Source: an uncultured Actinomycetes bacterium (GTDB lineage Bacteria > Actinomycetota > UBA4738 > HRBIN12). Taken from it: a stretch of 64,000 bases of DNA. The position numbers and the translations under genes were made by a program. The first letter of the stretch is position 1, and each line of letters opens with the position of its first letter. The stretch spans positions 379,932-443,931 of the forward strand of contig CAVOYV010000001.1 in NCBI GenBank assembly GCA_963700855.1. Direction: 5' to 3'. Positions 39,711-51,010 of the stretch are shown here, one piece after another. The notes under the pieces were generated by a model. That model worked only from the letters and a program-made list of their open reading frames with translations, did not search any database and was not told where the DNA came from.

Positions 39711-42027
39711 GTGACGTGGCCAGCGTGGACCTGGCTCGTTCTCGGGGTCGCGGCGTTGATCGCCGCGTGGCTCGCCGCCCCGTCCCTGCGGCGAGACGAC
39801 CTGCTCGCCCGGGCCGGGCTCGCGGCCGCACGGTCTCGCCAGGTGGACGCGGTCGCCGCCGGAGCCCTCGATCCGCGTCGGGGTCCACTCGCCGCGATCG
39901 CCCTCCTGCTGAGCGGCCTCGTCCTATGCGGCACCGGGTGGGGCGGGGTCGCCGAGGTCAGACGGCACGCGTCGCTGCTCGCCTCAGTGGCGCCGCGTCC
40001 CGTCACCGTCACCGGGACGGTCCGCGAGGACCCTCGGCCCGGCGCGTACGGCTGCGCGCGTGATCGTCGACGTCCGCACGGTGACGTGGACAGGCGGCGG
40101 CGCGTCCCTGCGCGAGACGCTTTGGGTGAGTGGCGACGACGAACCGCCCACGGTCGTGCGCGGGGACCACGTCGAGATCGCGGGGCGTCTGGAGGTGCCG
40201 GAGGATCCAGGCTTCGCGGACGCGTTGGAGCGCCGCGGCATCGCCGCGGCGCTCCGGACCGACACCCTCACGCGGCTCGGCGACTCGCCGAGCCGGTTCG
40301 TGCGCACGACGCAGGCGGTCCGTCGCATGATCGGCGGGTCGATCGAACGTGTCTTCCCGCCGCGCGAGGCCGGCCTGCTCCTCGGCCTCGCCCTCGGCGA
40401 TGGTTCGAAGCTCGATCCGGCCACAGAGCGGGACTTCCAAGCCACCGGCCTCACCCACCTGCTCGTCGTCTCCGGTGGGAACGTCGCGATGGTGCTCGCC
40501 CCGATCCTCGCCGTGGCTGTGGCGCTGGGGTTCGCCCGCGTCGGCACCGCCGCGATCGGCATCGTCACCGTCGTGTTCTTCGTGATCCTCACCGGTGCCG
40601 AGGCCTCCGTGATGCGCGCCGGCGCGATGGCGGTCACGGCCCTGCTGGGCACCCTCCTCGGCCGCCCGAAGACGACCGGCGTCGTGCTCTCGACGGCGGT
40701 GCTGGTCCTGCTCGTGCTCGACCCGTGGCTCGTCCGTTCGATCGGGTTCCAGCTCTCCGTGACGGCCACCGCCGGGCTCGTCGCGCTCGCCGCCCCGCTC
40801 GGGGAGCTGTTCGGCCGCGTCGTCCCGAAGCCGGTGGCGGCCGCCGCGGGCACGACCCTCGCCGCCCAGCTCGCGGTGACGCCCGTCCTGCTCTTCCACT
40901 TCCACGAGATCCCGCTCGTGACCTTGCTGGCCAACGTCTTGGCGGCGCCCGCGGTCTCTCCTGCGTTGATGCTCGGTCTGATCGCCGCGTTCCTGGGGAT
41001 CGTGTCCGAGCCGCTCGGCTCGCTCGGCGGACTCGTCGCGCAGGCGCCGATGCGATACCTGGAGTTCCTCGCGAACGCCCTCGGTCGCGCGCCCGTGGCG
41101 CACATCACGAGCCGAGGCGGCGTCGCCGTCCTGGTGGTCGGCGGACTCGTCGTGACGGCGATCGCCGTGGCGCTCCGCACCGGGTGGCGACCCCCGCGGC
41201 CATTCGTCGTCGCCGCGATCGCGCTCACGCCCCTGATCGTCTGGACGACCGCCGTCGCGAAAGGCCCGCCAGATGGCCTCACGGTCCGGTTCTTCGACGT
41301 CGGGCAGGGTGATGCGGCGCTCGTCACGAGCCCTGGCGGCGCCTCGATCCTGGTCGACGGCGGTCCCGACGAGGACGCCGTCGCCACGGAGCTGGCCGCG
41401 CTCGGGATCAAGCGACTCGACGTGCTCGTCGCGAGCCACCCTCACGCGGACCATATGATCGGCCTGCCCACCGTGCTCGCCCGCGTGCCGGTCGGCCTCG
41501 TCCTGCAGCCCGGATGCCCGACCGACTCGGCGCTTCAGGCCGACCTCGATCGCGCGGTCGCCGACGAAGGAGTCCAGGAGCTGAACCCGCGCGCCGGCGA
41601 CGAGCTGGCCGTCGGCGACCTCCGCGTCGAGGTCTTGTCGCCCGACCGCTGCTGGACCGGCACCGAGTCCGACTCGAACAACGACGCGTTCGTGCTACGG
41701 ATCTCGCTCGGCGAGGCGAACGTCCTGATCGCGAGCGAATCGGAGGAGCCCGCCCAGGAGTGGCTCCTCGAGACCGGCGTCGACCTCCGCGGCACGGTCC
41801 TCAAGGTGCCCCATCACGGCGCGGCGACCAGCATCCCCGAGTTCTTCCAGGCTGTCGGCGCCCGGGTCGCGATCGTCTCTGTGGGGGAGAACGACTACGG
41901 CCATCCCGTGGCCCAGACCCTCGACTGGATCCACGAGGCGGGCTCGGAGATCTGGCGTACCGACGAGCACGGCACGGTCACCGTCACCTTCGAGGGTCCG
42001 AACCCGCTGGTAACGTCCGCCCGATGA
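39711..42027 (+). CDS. comEC: DNA internalisation competence protein ComEC/Rec2 (one apparent frameshift ~40040-40060)
   Basis: N-terminal membrane domain (ORF 39711) continues in ORF 40060..42027 with the competence domain. The C-terminal metallo-beta-lactamase domain has the FFDVGQGD and SHPHADH motifs. Confidence 0.8.
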
Positions 42028-42959
42028 CGAAGGCGCCCTCTGCCGTGGTCCTGTTCTGGGGTGAGGACGCGTTCCTCCTGCGCGAGGCCGCGCTCGCGCG
42101 CTTCGGCGACCTTCGCCCGACGGAGGTCGATGCCGCCGAGTGGCAGGGCGGCGAGCTCCAGGACCTCGCGACGCCGTCGCTGTTCGGCGAGCGTCGGGCG
42201 CTCCTGCTCACCGATTGCAGGAGCCTCCCGAAGGACGCCTTGAGCGAGCTGGGCTCGTACCTGGCCTCGCCCGATCCCGACTCACCGCTCGTCCTGTGCT
42301 GCACGGTCGCCGAGCGAGGCAAGCCGCCGGCGGCCCTGCAGAAGCTCGTCGAGCCGGTCGGCGAGGTCCGCCAGATCCAGGTCAAGCGCCAGGAGCTCGA
42401 GCCCTGGGTCCTGCAGCGCGCGAAGGCCACCGGCGTCGACCTGACGCCACCGGGCGCCCGCACGCTCGTCGAGACGATCGGCGAAGACGCCGGCCAGCTC
42501 GCGGCCTCGGTCCAGCAGCTCGCGTCGGCGTTCCACGGTGAGCGGGTCGGTCCGATGGAGATCCACCGCCAGTTCCGCGGCCTCGGCGAGCAGAAGACCT
42601 GGGACCTGTGCGACAAGGCGTTCGGCAAGGACCTGCCCGGTGCGATCCGCGCCCTGCGGTCGATCGAAGAGGGCGGCGACGACGCGCTGATGGTGCTCGG
42701 CGGCATCAGCGCCCGTCTGCGCGACCTGATCAAGATCCGTGTCCTGCCCGACCGGATCCCGCCAGCCGAGTTGGCGAAGCGGGCCGGCCTCCGGTTCGAC
42801 TGGCAGGCCCGCCGCTACCAGCAGCAGGCCCGGAACTTCAGCCTCGAGGAGTTGGTGGAGCTCCACGAGCGCGTCACCGAGACCGACCGCGCCCTGAAGA
42901 CCGGCGGCACGCCCGACGTGGTGATGCCGACCCTGATCACCACGATCGCTGCCACGTAG
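42024..42959 (+). CDS. holA: DNA polymerase III delta subunit
   Basis: ATGA overlap with the comEC stop. The conserved comEA-comEC-holA arrangement and ~310 aa with a delta-subunit N-terminal fold support the call. Confidence 0.8.
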   Translation: MTKAPSAVVLFWGEDAFLLREAALARFGDLRPTEVDAAEWQGGELQDLATPSLFGERRALLLTDCRSLPKDALSELGSYLASPDPDSPLVLCCTVAERGKPPAALQKLVEPVGEVRQIQVKRQELEPWVLQRAKATGVDLTPPGARTLVETIGEDAGQLAASVQQLASAFHGERVGPMEIHRQFRGLGEQKTWDLCDKAFGKDLPGAIRALRSIEEGGDDALMVLGGISARLRDLIKIRVLPDRIPPAELAKRAGLRFDWQARRYQQQARNFSLEELVELHERVTETDRALKTGGTPDVVMPTLITTIAAT

Positions 42960-43089
42960 CGTGTGGGTGGCAGGCTCGACGACGGCACCACCGATGAGAG
43001 CTGGGTCCCGCTCCGGGCGCTGCCCCGCGCGCAGCCGGGACACGATGAACCCCGCCGGGGGAACCGACGGGGTCAGGGGAGGACGAGCC

Positions 43090-43362
43090 TCAGGAGGCGT
43101 TCGCGGCCGCGTTCACGGCCTTCGCCATCCGGCTCTTCTTGCGCGCGACCGTCTTCTTGTGCATCGTGCCCTTGCTGGCGGCCTTGTCGAGGTCGCGGGC
43201 AGCCTGGAGCTGCACCGCGGTCGCGGTATCGACGTCGCCGGACGCCACGGCGGCCTGGACCTTCTTCTGCGAGGTCTTCAGCGCTGACTTCTGCGCGATG
43301 TTGCGCTGGTGGCGCTTCTCGTTCTGGATGTTCCGCTTCTTCTGGGACTTGATGTTCGCCAT
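43090..43362 (-). CDS. rpsT: 30S ribosomal protein S20
   Basis: [21 protein letters not shown]... is a canonical S20. Confidence 0.95.
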   Translation of the reverse strand: MANIKSQKKRNIQNEKRHQRNIAQKSALKTSQKKVQAAVASGDVDTATAVQLQAARDLDKAASKGTMHKKTVARKKSRMAKAVNAAANAS

Positions 43363-43432
43363 ATCGGCCGACCAGCGTACCAGCGGTTCCCGCCCACCCC
43401 CCGCGGCGGTCCCGCCCGTACCATGGGGTCCC

Positions 43433-45244
43433 GTGGCGACCGACATCTCCCGCATCCGGAACTTCTGCATCGTGGCGCACATCGACCACGGCAAGTCGAC
43501 GCTGGCCGACCGGATGCTCGAGATCACCCATACGGTCGAGACCCGCGACATGCGCGCCCAGTACCTGGACAAGATGGACCTCGAGCGCGAGCGGGGCATC
43601 ACGATCAAGGCGCAGGCCGTCCGGCTGTTCCACGAAGGCTGCGAGCTGAACCTGATCGATACGCCGGGGCACGTGGACTTCACCTACGAGGTCTCCCGCT
43701 CGCTCGAGGCGTGCGAGGGAGCCCTGCTGCTGGTCGACGCCGCCCAGGGCCTGGAGGCGCAGACCCTCGCGAACTACCACTTGGCACGCGACGCCGGGCT
43801 CACGATCGTGCCGGTGCTCAACAAGATCGACCTGCCCGCTGCCGAGCCCGAGCGCCGCAACGAGGAGCTGTCCAACCTCCTCGGGTGCGACCCCGACGAC
43901 ATCCTGCACGTGAGCGCGAAGACGGGAGAGGGCGTCGAGGAGCTCCTGAAAGCCGTGATCGAGCGCGTGCCGCCGCCCGTCGGCGACAAGGACGCGCCGC
44001 TGCAGGCGCTGATCTTCGACAGCGCGTTCGACACGTACCGCGGGGTGATCACCTACGTCCGCGTGAAGCGAGGGGTCCTGCCGAGCAACGCGAAGATCAA
44101 GATGTTCGCGACCCACGTGACGTCGGAAGCCGAGGAGACGGGCGTGATGGCGCCCGAGGCGACGCCGGTCGACTCGCTCGGCCCCGGCGAGGTCGGCTAC
44201 CTCGTCACGGGGCTCAAGGACGTCCATCACGCGAAGGTCGGCGACACGATCACGCTCGCGGGCAAGCAGGGCGCCGCCGAGCCGCTCCCCGGCTACCGCG
44301 AGCCGAAACCGATGGTCTGGTCGGGGCTGTTCCCCGCCGAGGGCGGCGACTACTCCGACCTGCGCGAGGCGCTCGACAAGCTGAAGCTCTCCGACTCGGC
44401 GCTCGTGTACGAGCCCGAGACCTCCCTGGCGCTCGGATTCGGGTTCCGCGTCGGGTTCCTCGGGCTGCTGCATATGGACATCGTGCGCGAGCGCCTGGAG
44501 CGCGAGTTCGACCTGGAGCTGATCTCGACCGCGCCGAACGTGGAGTTCCACGTGTACAAGGGTGACGACGAGATCGTGGTGCACAACCCCGCCGAGATGC
44601 CCGCCGGAGGCGACTACGATCGTGTCGAGGAGCCGGTGGTGTTCGCCACGATGATCACCCCGGCCGACTACCTGGGCGCGGTGATGGAGCTGTGCCAGAC
44701 GCGCCGTGGCGAGATGGTGGACATGAGCTACATCACCCCAGAGCGTGTCGAGGTCCACTACGTGCTGCCGCTCGCCGAGATCGTCTTCGACTTCTTCGAC
44801 AACCTGAAGTCGCGGACGCGCGGGTACGCGAGCCTCGACTACGAGCCGTGGGGCTTCCAGGAGTCGAAACTCGTGCGTGTGGACGTGCTCCTGCACGGCG
44901 AGCCGGTCGACGCGTTCTCGAGCGTGCAGCACCGCGACAAGGCCTACGAGTACGGCAAGAAGATGACCGAGCGGCTGAAGGAGCTGATCCCGCGACAGCT
45001 GTTCGACGTCGCGGTCCAGGCCTCGATCGGCTCGAAGATCATCGCGCGCGAGACCGTGAAGGCGAAGCGCAAGGACGTCTTGGCGAAGTGCTACGGCGGC
45101 GACATCACGCGCAAGCGCAAGCTCCTGGAGGGTCAGAAGAAGGGCAAGGAACGGATGCGCCGCGTGGGCAAGGTCGACGTGCCGCAGGACGCGTTCATCC
45201 AGGCCCTGCGCGTCGACGAAGGAGCGAAGGCGAGCAAGAAGTGA
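43433..45244 (+). CDS. lepA: elongation factor 4 (LepA)
   Basis: GTG start. GTP-binding motifs [18 protein letters not shown] and NKID, with the LepA-specific C-terminal domain. Confidence 0.9.
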   Translation: MATDISRIRNFCIVAHIDHGKSTLADRMLEITHTVETRDMRAQYLDKMDLERERGITIKAQAVRLFHEGCELNLIDTPGHVDFTYEVSRSLEACEGALLLVDAAQGLEAQTLANYHLARDAGLTIVPVLNKIDLPAAEPERRNEELSNLLGCDPDDILHVSAKTGEGVEELLKAVIERVPPPVGDKDAPLQALIFDSAFDTYRGVITYVRVKRGVLPSNAKIKMFATHVTSEAEETGVMAPEATPVDSLGPGEVGYLVTGLKDVHHAKVGDTITLAGKQGAAEPLPGYREPKPMVWSGLFPAEGGDYSDLREALDKLKLSDSALVYEPETSLALGFGFRVGFLGLLHMDIVRERLEREFDLELISTAPNVEFHVYKGDDEIVVHNPAEMPAGGDYDRVEEPVVFATMITPADYLGAVMELCQTRRGEMVDMSYITPERVEVHYVLPLAEIVFDFFDNLKSRTRGYASLDYEPWGFQESKLVRVDVLLHGEPVDAFSSVQHRDKAYEYGKKMTERLKELIPRQLFDVAVQASIGSKIIARETVKAKRKDVLAKCYGGDITRKRKLLEGQKKGKERMRRVGKVDVPQDAFIQALRVDEGAKASKK

Positions 45245-46356
45245 CCGCCGCCGAGGCCGGGATCTACGTCCACGTCCCGTTCTGCTTGACGCGCTGCGGC
45301 TACTGTGACTTCAACGCCTACGCCGGGCTGGACGAACTCAAGCCGCGGTACCTGCGGGCGCTCGAGACCGAGGCCGCGCTCGCCGCGCCGGCGTGGGAGG
45401 GCACGCGGTTCGTGAGCGTCTTCCTCGGCGGGGGGACGCCCACGACGATCGCGCCCGACGATCTGGCCTCGCTGCTCGAGACGCTGCGAACGCGGTTCGA
45501 CCTGGCCGACGACGCCGAGGTCACGATCGAGGCGAACCCCGACACGGTCGACGAGTCGTCGCTCCGGGCTCTGCTCGAGACCGGTTACGACCGCCTGTCT
45601 ATGGGCGCACAATCCTTCGACCTCGCCGTGCTCGCGTCGCTCGAGCGGGTGCACCAACCCGACGCGGTCCGCGCGGCGATCGCGGCCGCCCGCCGCGCCG
45701 GCTACGCGAACGTGAACGTCGACCTGATCTACGGGACCGAGGGCGAGACGCTCGAGTCATGGGACCGGACCCTCCGCGAGGCGGTGGCGCTCGCGCCCGA
45801 GCACGTGAGCGCCTACGCGCTGACGATCGAGCCCGCGACACCGCTCGGGCGCCAGATCGCGGCCGGCACCAGGCTCGAGCCCGATCCCGACCTCCAGGCC
45901 GACATGTTCGGCCTGGCGTGCGAGGTGCTCTCCGACGCCGGCTACCGCCACTACGAGATCTCGAACTGGGCGAAGCCCGGGTTCGAGTGCCGCCACAACC
46001 TCGGCTACTGGGAGCGCCGGCCGTACGTGGGGCTCGGCGCCGGCGCGCATGCCTACCGCGACGACGTCCGCTGGTGGAACGTCCGCCCGCCGGAGACCTA
46101 CCTCGAGTTGGTCGAGGCCGGCGAGCTGCCGATCGGCGGCTCCGAGTCGCTCGACCCCTCCGACGCCTACCTCGAGGAGGTCTTCCTCAAGCTCCGGATC
46201 CTCGAAGGCGTCCCCGCGAGCTGGTTCGACGAGACGACGTACGGGCCGTTCGTGTCGAGCGGTCTCCTGGTCGACGACGGCTTCGGTCAGCTCGTCCCGA
46301 CGGAACGCGGGATGCTCCTGCTCAACGAGATCGTGCTCGGTCTGACCGCCGCCTGA
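45241..46356 (+). CDS. hemW: radical SAM family haem chaperone HemW (HemN-like, oxygen-independent coproporphyrinogen oxidase family)
   Basis: GTG overlaps the lepA stop (GTGA). CxxxCxxC radical SAM motif ([10 protein letters not shown]). Confidence 0.85.
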   Translation: MTAAEAGIYVHVPFCLTRCGYCDFNAYAGLDELKPRYLRALETEAALAAPAWEGTRFVSVFLGGGTPTTIAPDDLASLLETLRTRFDLADDAEVTIEANPDTVDESSLRALLETGYDRLSMGAQSFDLAVLASLERVHQPDAVRAAIAAARRAGYANVNVDLIYGTEGETLESWDRTLREAVALAPEHVSAYALTIEPATPLGRQIAAGTRLEPDPDLQADMFGLACEVLSDAGYRHYEISNWAKPGFECRHNLGYWERRPYVGLGAGAHAYRDDVRWWNVRPPETYLELVEAGELPIGGSESLDPSDAYLEEVFLKLRILEGVPASWFDETTYGPFVSSGLLVDDGFGQLVPTERGMLLLNEIVLGLTAA

Positions 46357-46366
46357 CCTCGTCCTG

Positions 46367-47773
46367 CTACCCGCGCGCCGCGAGGGGGAGCGGGCAACCA
46401 CCTTCGTTCGGCAGTGGAAGCGTCGACGCCGAGCCGACCGGGAACTCGAGATGGACGGCATCGAGGAACCGCGCGCCGTCGGCATCCACGATCACGACGA
46501 ACGTATGGCGTTGACCGGTCGCATCCGCCGGTGCGTCGACCGGGATGAGCGTCTGGGTGAGGACCAGCGACGGGGACCCTGGATCCGCCTCGCACGCGAT
46601 CGCGTAGCTGGTGCCCTCGTCGCCTCCCGCCCAGATCGTGAAGGGTTTGCCCTTGGGGAACCCCCACTCCCCGTACCCGGGATCGACGACGGGGACGGGA
46701 ACGATCTCGCCGCCCGATCCCACTCGATAGACCCCGTACTCGGGGGTCGACGACGCCTGAAGGAGGACGAACAGCTCATCGGCTCCATCGCCGTCGAGGT
46801 CCATCGCCCCGAACGGCCGGCACATCACGCAGCGCGGGAGGGGCACCCACGTGTCGGCGGCTCCGTCGCTCTCGAGATCGACGGCGAGGATGCTCAGGTC
46901 ACCGTCGGGTCCCACGCACCCCGTTCCCGTGACGCGACGTCCGACGTACGCGGTCGCCAAGGAACCGTCGCCGAGCAGGTCGAGATCACCGAGTCGTTCG
47001 ACCTCGCACATCCGGAACGCGAGCCCGATGTCTTGCGCTTCTGGAGATGGTGTCTCCGGCGGCGTGGCCGGCGGCATCCCACGGCTCAGCTCGGCCGCGA
47101 GCAGCGCGGATCCCTCCGCGCCGAGCCCGCTCACCTGGAGAGAGCCGCTCGCGATCGGTTCCTGGACGGCCGGAGTGGACACCACCATCCCGTCGAGCAC
47201 CACCGCGATCTGGTTCCTCGGGACGGGCGCGACCAGGGCCTCCTCGGTGACGGCTTCGAGCGCCGCCGTCGCGTCGAGGTCGAGCTGGATCCCGACCGTC
47301 CACTCACCGGTCGCGAGCTCGATGGCTTCGGCGTTCGAGACGTCGCTCGCATCCGCGAACGCAGGACCCAGCTGTTTGATCTGTCCGTCCCGGCCTTCGA
47401 GGGCGACGTTCGCTGCGGGATCGAGGTCGTCCTCCGTGCACCGCTCGGGGAGGCAGGTCACGCTCAGCCCCGTCGTCTTCGTTGCGACGACGGGCCGGAA
47501 CTGGAGCCGCCACGACGACATCTGATGGTAGGGAGGCGCGATCGTCTCGGTGGTCACCGGCTGCCGATCCTCGAACCGGTCGTCCAGCAGCGCGAACGCC
47601 CCGGCGGTCCCGGCGAGGATCGCGACCACCACGGCCACGGCCTGGACCTTGCGGACCACGGCCCGATGCGCCCGGCGGCGCGTGACGTCCTCGAACGTCT
47701 TGACCACGTCGGGCGCCGCCGGGCGCGCCGCGCGCTCCAGCTCGCGCGTCAGCCTGTCATCGAAGCCCGGCAC
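46367..47773 (-). CDS. putative membrane-spanning anti-sigma factor with a large extracytoplasmic domain (SecD-head-like segment + FG-GAP-like repeats)
   Basis: Overlaps the 3' end of the ECF sigma gene. Short charged N-terminus, one transmembrane segment (VQAVAVVVAILAGTAGAFALL), then ~400 aa extracytoplasmic including IAVVLDGMVVSTPAVQEPIASGSLQVSG and DLDGDGADELFV motifs. Confidence 0.55.
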   Translation of the reverse strand: MPGFDDRLTRELERAARPAAPDVVKTFEDVTRRRAHRAVVRKVQAVAVVVAILAGTAGAFALLDDRFEDRQPVTTETIAPPYHQMSSWRLQFRPVVATKTTGLSVTCLPERCTEDDLDPAANVALEGRDGQIKQLGPAFADASDVSNAEAIELATGEWTVGIQLDLDATAALEAVTEEALVAPVPRNQIAVVLDGMVVSTPAVQEPIASGSLQVSGLGAEGSALLAAELSRGMPPATPPETPSPEAQDIGLAFRMCEVERLGDLDLLGDGSLATAYVGRRVTGTGCVGPDGDLSILAVDLESDGAADTWVPLPRCVMCRPFGAMDLDGDGADELFVLLQASSTPEYGVYRVGSGGEIVPVPVVDPGYGEWGFPKGKPFTIWAGGDEGTSYAIACEADPGSPSLVLTQTLIPVDAPADATGQRHTFVVIVDADGARFLDAVHLEFPVGSASTLPLPNEGGCPLPLAARG

Positions 47774-48296
47774 GGTCCTGCACCTCCTCGTCGTCCTGTT
47801 CCCCGAGCGCGGCCGCCAGCTCGCGGCGAGCACGGAAGAGCAGCGTCTTCACGGTCCCGTCCGAGACGCCGAGGATCCCGGCGGTCTCGGCCACGTCGAA
47901 CCCCAGGTAGTAGCGGAGCACGGTGACCTCACGCTCGCGCTGGGACAGGCCCTCGAGCGCCCGCTCGATGTCGAGCCGGTCCTCGGGCACCCCAACGTCG
48001 TCGCTCGCGTGCGCGATCCGTTCGCGTGCCCGGCCCTCGGCGCGCAGCCGCCGCCAGCGGCTCGTCGCGAGGTTCAACGCGGCCCGCATCACCCAGGCAG
48101 GGAGGTTCGCGATCGGCTCGCCGCGGTCCGAACGCTCCCACGCACGGGCGAGCGCCTCGGCCACGGCGTCCTCGGCGGCCGCGGAACCCCCGGCCGCCAA
48201 CCGGACGGCCGCCACGAGCCGCGGATAGTCGGCCGCGAGGAACTCACGGAGCCGCACCTCGTCGAGTCGGTCGGTCTCTGGCATCTCCGAACCCAT
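47757..48296 (-). CDS. ECF (sigma-70 family, group IV) RNA polymerase sigma factor
   Basis: 179 aa with region 2 (…AEDAVAEALARAWE…) and a region 4 HTH (…REREVTVLRYYLGFDVAETAGILGVSDGTVKTLLFRARREL…). Confidence 0.8.
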   Translation of the reverse strand: MGSEMPETDRLDEVRLREFLAADYPRLVAAVRLAAGGSAAAEDAVAEALARAWERSDRGEPIANLPAWVMRAALNLATSRWRRLRAEGRARERIAHASDDVGVPEDRLDIERALEGLSQREREVTVLRYYLGFDVAETAGILGVSDGTVKTLLFRARRELAAALGEQDDEEVQDRAGLR

Positions 48297-48348
48297 GACG
48301 CACCGAGGGTGCCACGGGTTGACACCGCCGGGGAACAGGCCGAGCCGA

Positions 48349-48375
48349 TTAGCACTCTCGGGCTGAGAGTGCCAC
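48349..48375 (+). promoter_or_regulatory. CIRCE operator (HrcA binding site) TTAGCACTC-N9-GAGTGCCAC, 14 nt upstream of hrcA; TTGACA -35-like hexamer at 48319-48324
   Basis: Near-perfect match to the CIRCE consensus TTAGCACTC-N9-GAGTGCTAA, located directly upstream of hrcA-dnaJ. Confidence 0.75.
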
Positions 48376-48388
48376 GTATCATCCATAC

Positions 48389-49426
48389 ATGAGCGATCGA
48401 CCGGAGCTCGGCTCGCGGAAAGCCGCGGTGCTGCGTGCGATCGTCGAGGAGTACGTCCGCTCGGGCGAGCCGGTCGGGTCCGAGACGATCGCCGAGGCCT
48501 CCGGTCTGGGCGTGTCGAGCGCCACGATCCGCAACGAGATGGCTGCGCTCGAGGAGCTCGGGTACCTCTCGCATCCGCACACCAGCGCCGGACGGATCCC
48601 GACCGACGCCGGCTACCGGCACTACGTCGATTCGCTGCCCGCGCACGGGAAGCTCCGCGACGCCCAACGTCGCGCGATCGCCGCGCACTTCGCCGAGGCG
48701 ATCCTCGACCTCGAGGAGGTCCTGAAGGGCTCGGTCCAACTGCTGAGCCGTCTGACCCAGTACGCGGGGCTCGCCGTCCCCCCGGGGGCGTCGGAGGAAC
48801 ACGTGGTGCGCCTCGAGCTGATCGACATGGGGCCGACCTTGATGATCCTGGCGATCGGGCAGCACGGGCGGGTCGACAAACGGATCGTCGACCGGCCCGA
48901 GGGGATGGACTCGAAGGCGGTCGCACAGGCGGAGGGGCGTGTTCAGGCGGTCCGCGGTCTCTCCTACGCCGACGCGCAGGCGCGGCTCCTGCAGCTCGCG
49001 GCGGGCGCGCCGGCACTCGAGCACGACCTGTTGCTGATGACCGCCGACGCGCTGCGGACGGCGACGGAGGGTGACGGATCGACCCACGTCGTGGTCGGCG
49101 GGGTGGCGAACCTGGCCGACGAGGCCCAGGCGTGGCGCCGCGAGACCCTCCGTCGCCTGTTCGAGACCCTCGAACGCGAGCAGGAGATGATCCGCGTCCT
49201 GCACGACGTGAGCACCGAGGACGTGAAGGTCACGATCGGGGGCGAGCACCCCTCGACCGGGGAATGGGAGGCCTCGATCGTCACCGCCCCGTTCAGGGCC
49301 GGCGACGCGACGATGGGTACGATCGGGATCGTCGGTCCGACGCGCATGGACTACCTGTCGGCGATGGCCTCGGTCCGCGCGGTGGCCGCCCGGCTATCCG
49401 AGCTCGCGACCGAGCTCGACGACTAG
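48389..49426 (+). CDS. hrcA: heat-inducible transcription repressor HrcA
   Basis: N-terminal winged HTH ([28 protein letters not shown]...) with full-length similarity to HrcA. Confidence 0.9.
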   Translation: MSDRPELGSRKAAVLRAIVEEYVRSGEPVGSETIAEASGLGVSSATIRNEMAALEELGYLSHPHTSAGRIPTDAGYRHYVDSLPAHGKLRDAQRRAIAAHFAEAILDLEEVLKGSVQLLSRLTQYAGLAVPPGASEEHVVRLELIDMGPTLMILAIGQHGRVDKRIVDRPEGMDSKAVAQAEGRVQAVRGLSYADAQARLLQLAAGAPALEHDLLLMTADALRTATEGDGSTHVVVGGVANLADEAQAWRRETLRRLFETLEREQEMIRVLHDVSTEDVKVTIGGEHPSTGEWEASIVTAPFRAGDATMGTIGIVGPTRMDYLSAMASVRAVAARLSELATELDD

Positions 49427-49427
49427 C

Positions 49428-50541
49428 CATGGCACCTGCGCGCGACCTCTACGAGGTGCTCGGCGTCTCCCGCGACGCGACCGAGGACGACATCCGCAAG
49501 GCGTACCGGCGTCTGGCTCGGGAGTATCCATCCCGACGTGAACCAAGACCCGCAGGCGGAGGAGCATTTCAAGGAGATCGCCGGGGCCTACGAGATCCTG
49601 TCCGACCCCGAGAAGCGGGCCCGCTACGACGCGTTCGGCACCGGCGGCGGTCCGGCGGGCCAGCCCTTCGCAGACATCTCGGACATCTTCGAGATGTTCT
49701 TCGGCCAGGGGGGGTTCGGCGGCGGGTTCGGCTCACGGCGTCGGGGCGGGCCTCGCACGCGCCGGCGCCGGGGTGAGGACGTCGGCGTGCGCCTGCGGCT
49801 CGCGTTCCGCGAGGCGGTGTTCGGCGTGCGTCGCGAGGTCGAGTTCGAGCGGCTCGTCACGTGTGAGGCATGCCTCGGCAACGGCGCCGCGCCGGGAACC
49901 GCGCCGATGGCGTGCCGGACGTGCGGCGGAGCCGGCGAGGTCCAGAGCGTGCGCCGCAGCGTGTTCGGCACGCTGATGACGACCTCGCCCTGCCAGGTGT
50001 GCGAGGGCACCGGCCAGGAGATCCTCGACAGGTGCGAGACGTGCTTCGGGCAGGGGCGGGTGCGCGGGCCTCAGAGCGTGACGGTCGAGATCCTGCGGGC
50101 GTCTCCGACGGGATGGAGCTCCGGGTCACCGGCGCGGGTCACGGCGGTGTCGACGGCGGGCCTCCGGGGGACCTCTTCGTCCAGCTCGAGGTCGAGCCCG
50201 CCCTCGAGTTCGAGCGGCGAGGTCAGGACCTCTTCACGGTGCTCGACATCTCGGTCACCCAGGCGAGCCTGGGCGGCGAGATCGAGGTCGAGGGGCTCGA
50301 CGGCCCCGAGGCGATCAGGTTGGATGCCGGCACCGAGTCCGGCACGGTCGTGAAGCTCAAGGGCAAGGGCGTCCCGCACGTGAATCGTCGCGGTCGCGGT
50401 GACCTGTTCGTGACGCTCCACGTGGTGACGCCGCGCGACCTCTCACGTGAGGAGAGGAAGCTCCTGGAGCGCCTCGCGGAGCTCCGCGGGGAGCCGAAGA
50501 AGGGCGCGGCCAGGGGCGATCTCCGCCGCCCTGAGTTCTGA
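49428..50541 (+). CDS. dnaJ: chaperone DnaJ (two apparent frameshifts ~49527-49533 and ~50090-50095)
   Basis: J-domain ([28 protein letters not shown][HPD], with the HPD at the first indel). G/F region. Four CxxCxG zinc-finger repeats ([32 protein letters not shown]). C-terminal domain in a third frame. Confidence 0.85.
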
Positions 50542-50569
50542 GTCGCCCTCGCGGTAGGCTCCATGGACG

Positions 50570-50929
50570 ATGTCCGATCCGAACTGCCTGTTCTGCAAGA
50601 TCGCGTCGCGGGAGATCCCGGCCGAGATCCTCCGCGAATCCGAGCGGGTCGTGGCGTTCCGCGACATCAACCCCGCGGCGCCCGTGCACATCCTGCTGAT
50701 CCCGAAGGAGCACCTGGAGTCGCTCGCCGACGTCGCCGACCACCATGGGGACGTCCTCGCCGACCTGTTCCAGGCTGCGGCGCATCTGGCGCGCACGGAG
50801 GGGATCGACAAGAGCGGCTGGCGCCTGATCGCGAACACCGGTCCCGACGCCGGCCAGGAGGTCTTCCACCTCCACTTCCATCTGCTCGGCGGTCAGCGCC
50901 TAGGCCCGCTGGTCGTCCCGAAGCGATAA
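50570..50929 (+). CDS. HIT-family (histidine triad) nucleotide hydrolase
   Basis: HLHFHLLGG histidine-triad motif. 119 aa. Confidence 0.85.
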   Translation: MSDPNCLFCKIASREIPAEILRESERVVAFRDINPAAPVHILLIPKEHLESLADVADHHGDVLADLFQAAAHLARTEGIDKSGWRLIANTGPDAGQEVFHLHFHLLGGQRLGPLVVPKR

Positions 50930-51010
50930 CATGGTCCACGGCCGTCCATCGGGCGGCCGTCGTTCATCGAGCAGGAGGGAACGGGGCGCTGCCCCGGATC
51001 GAAGAGCCAC

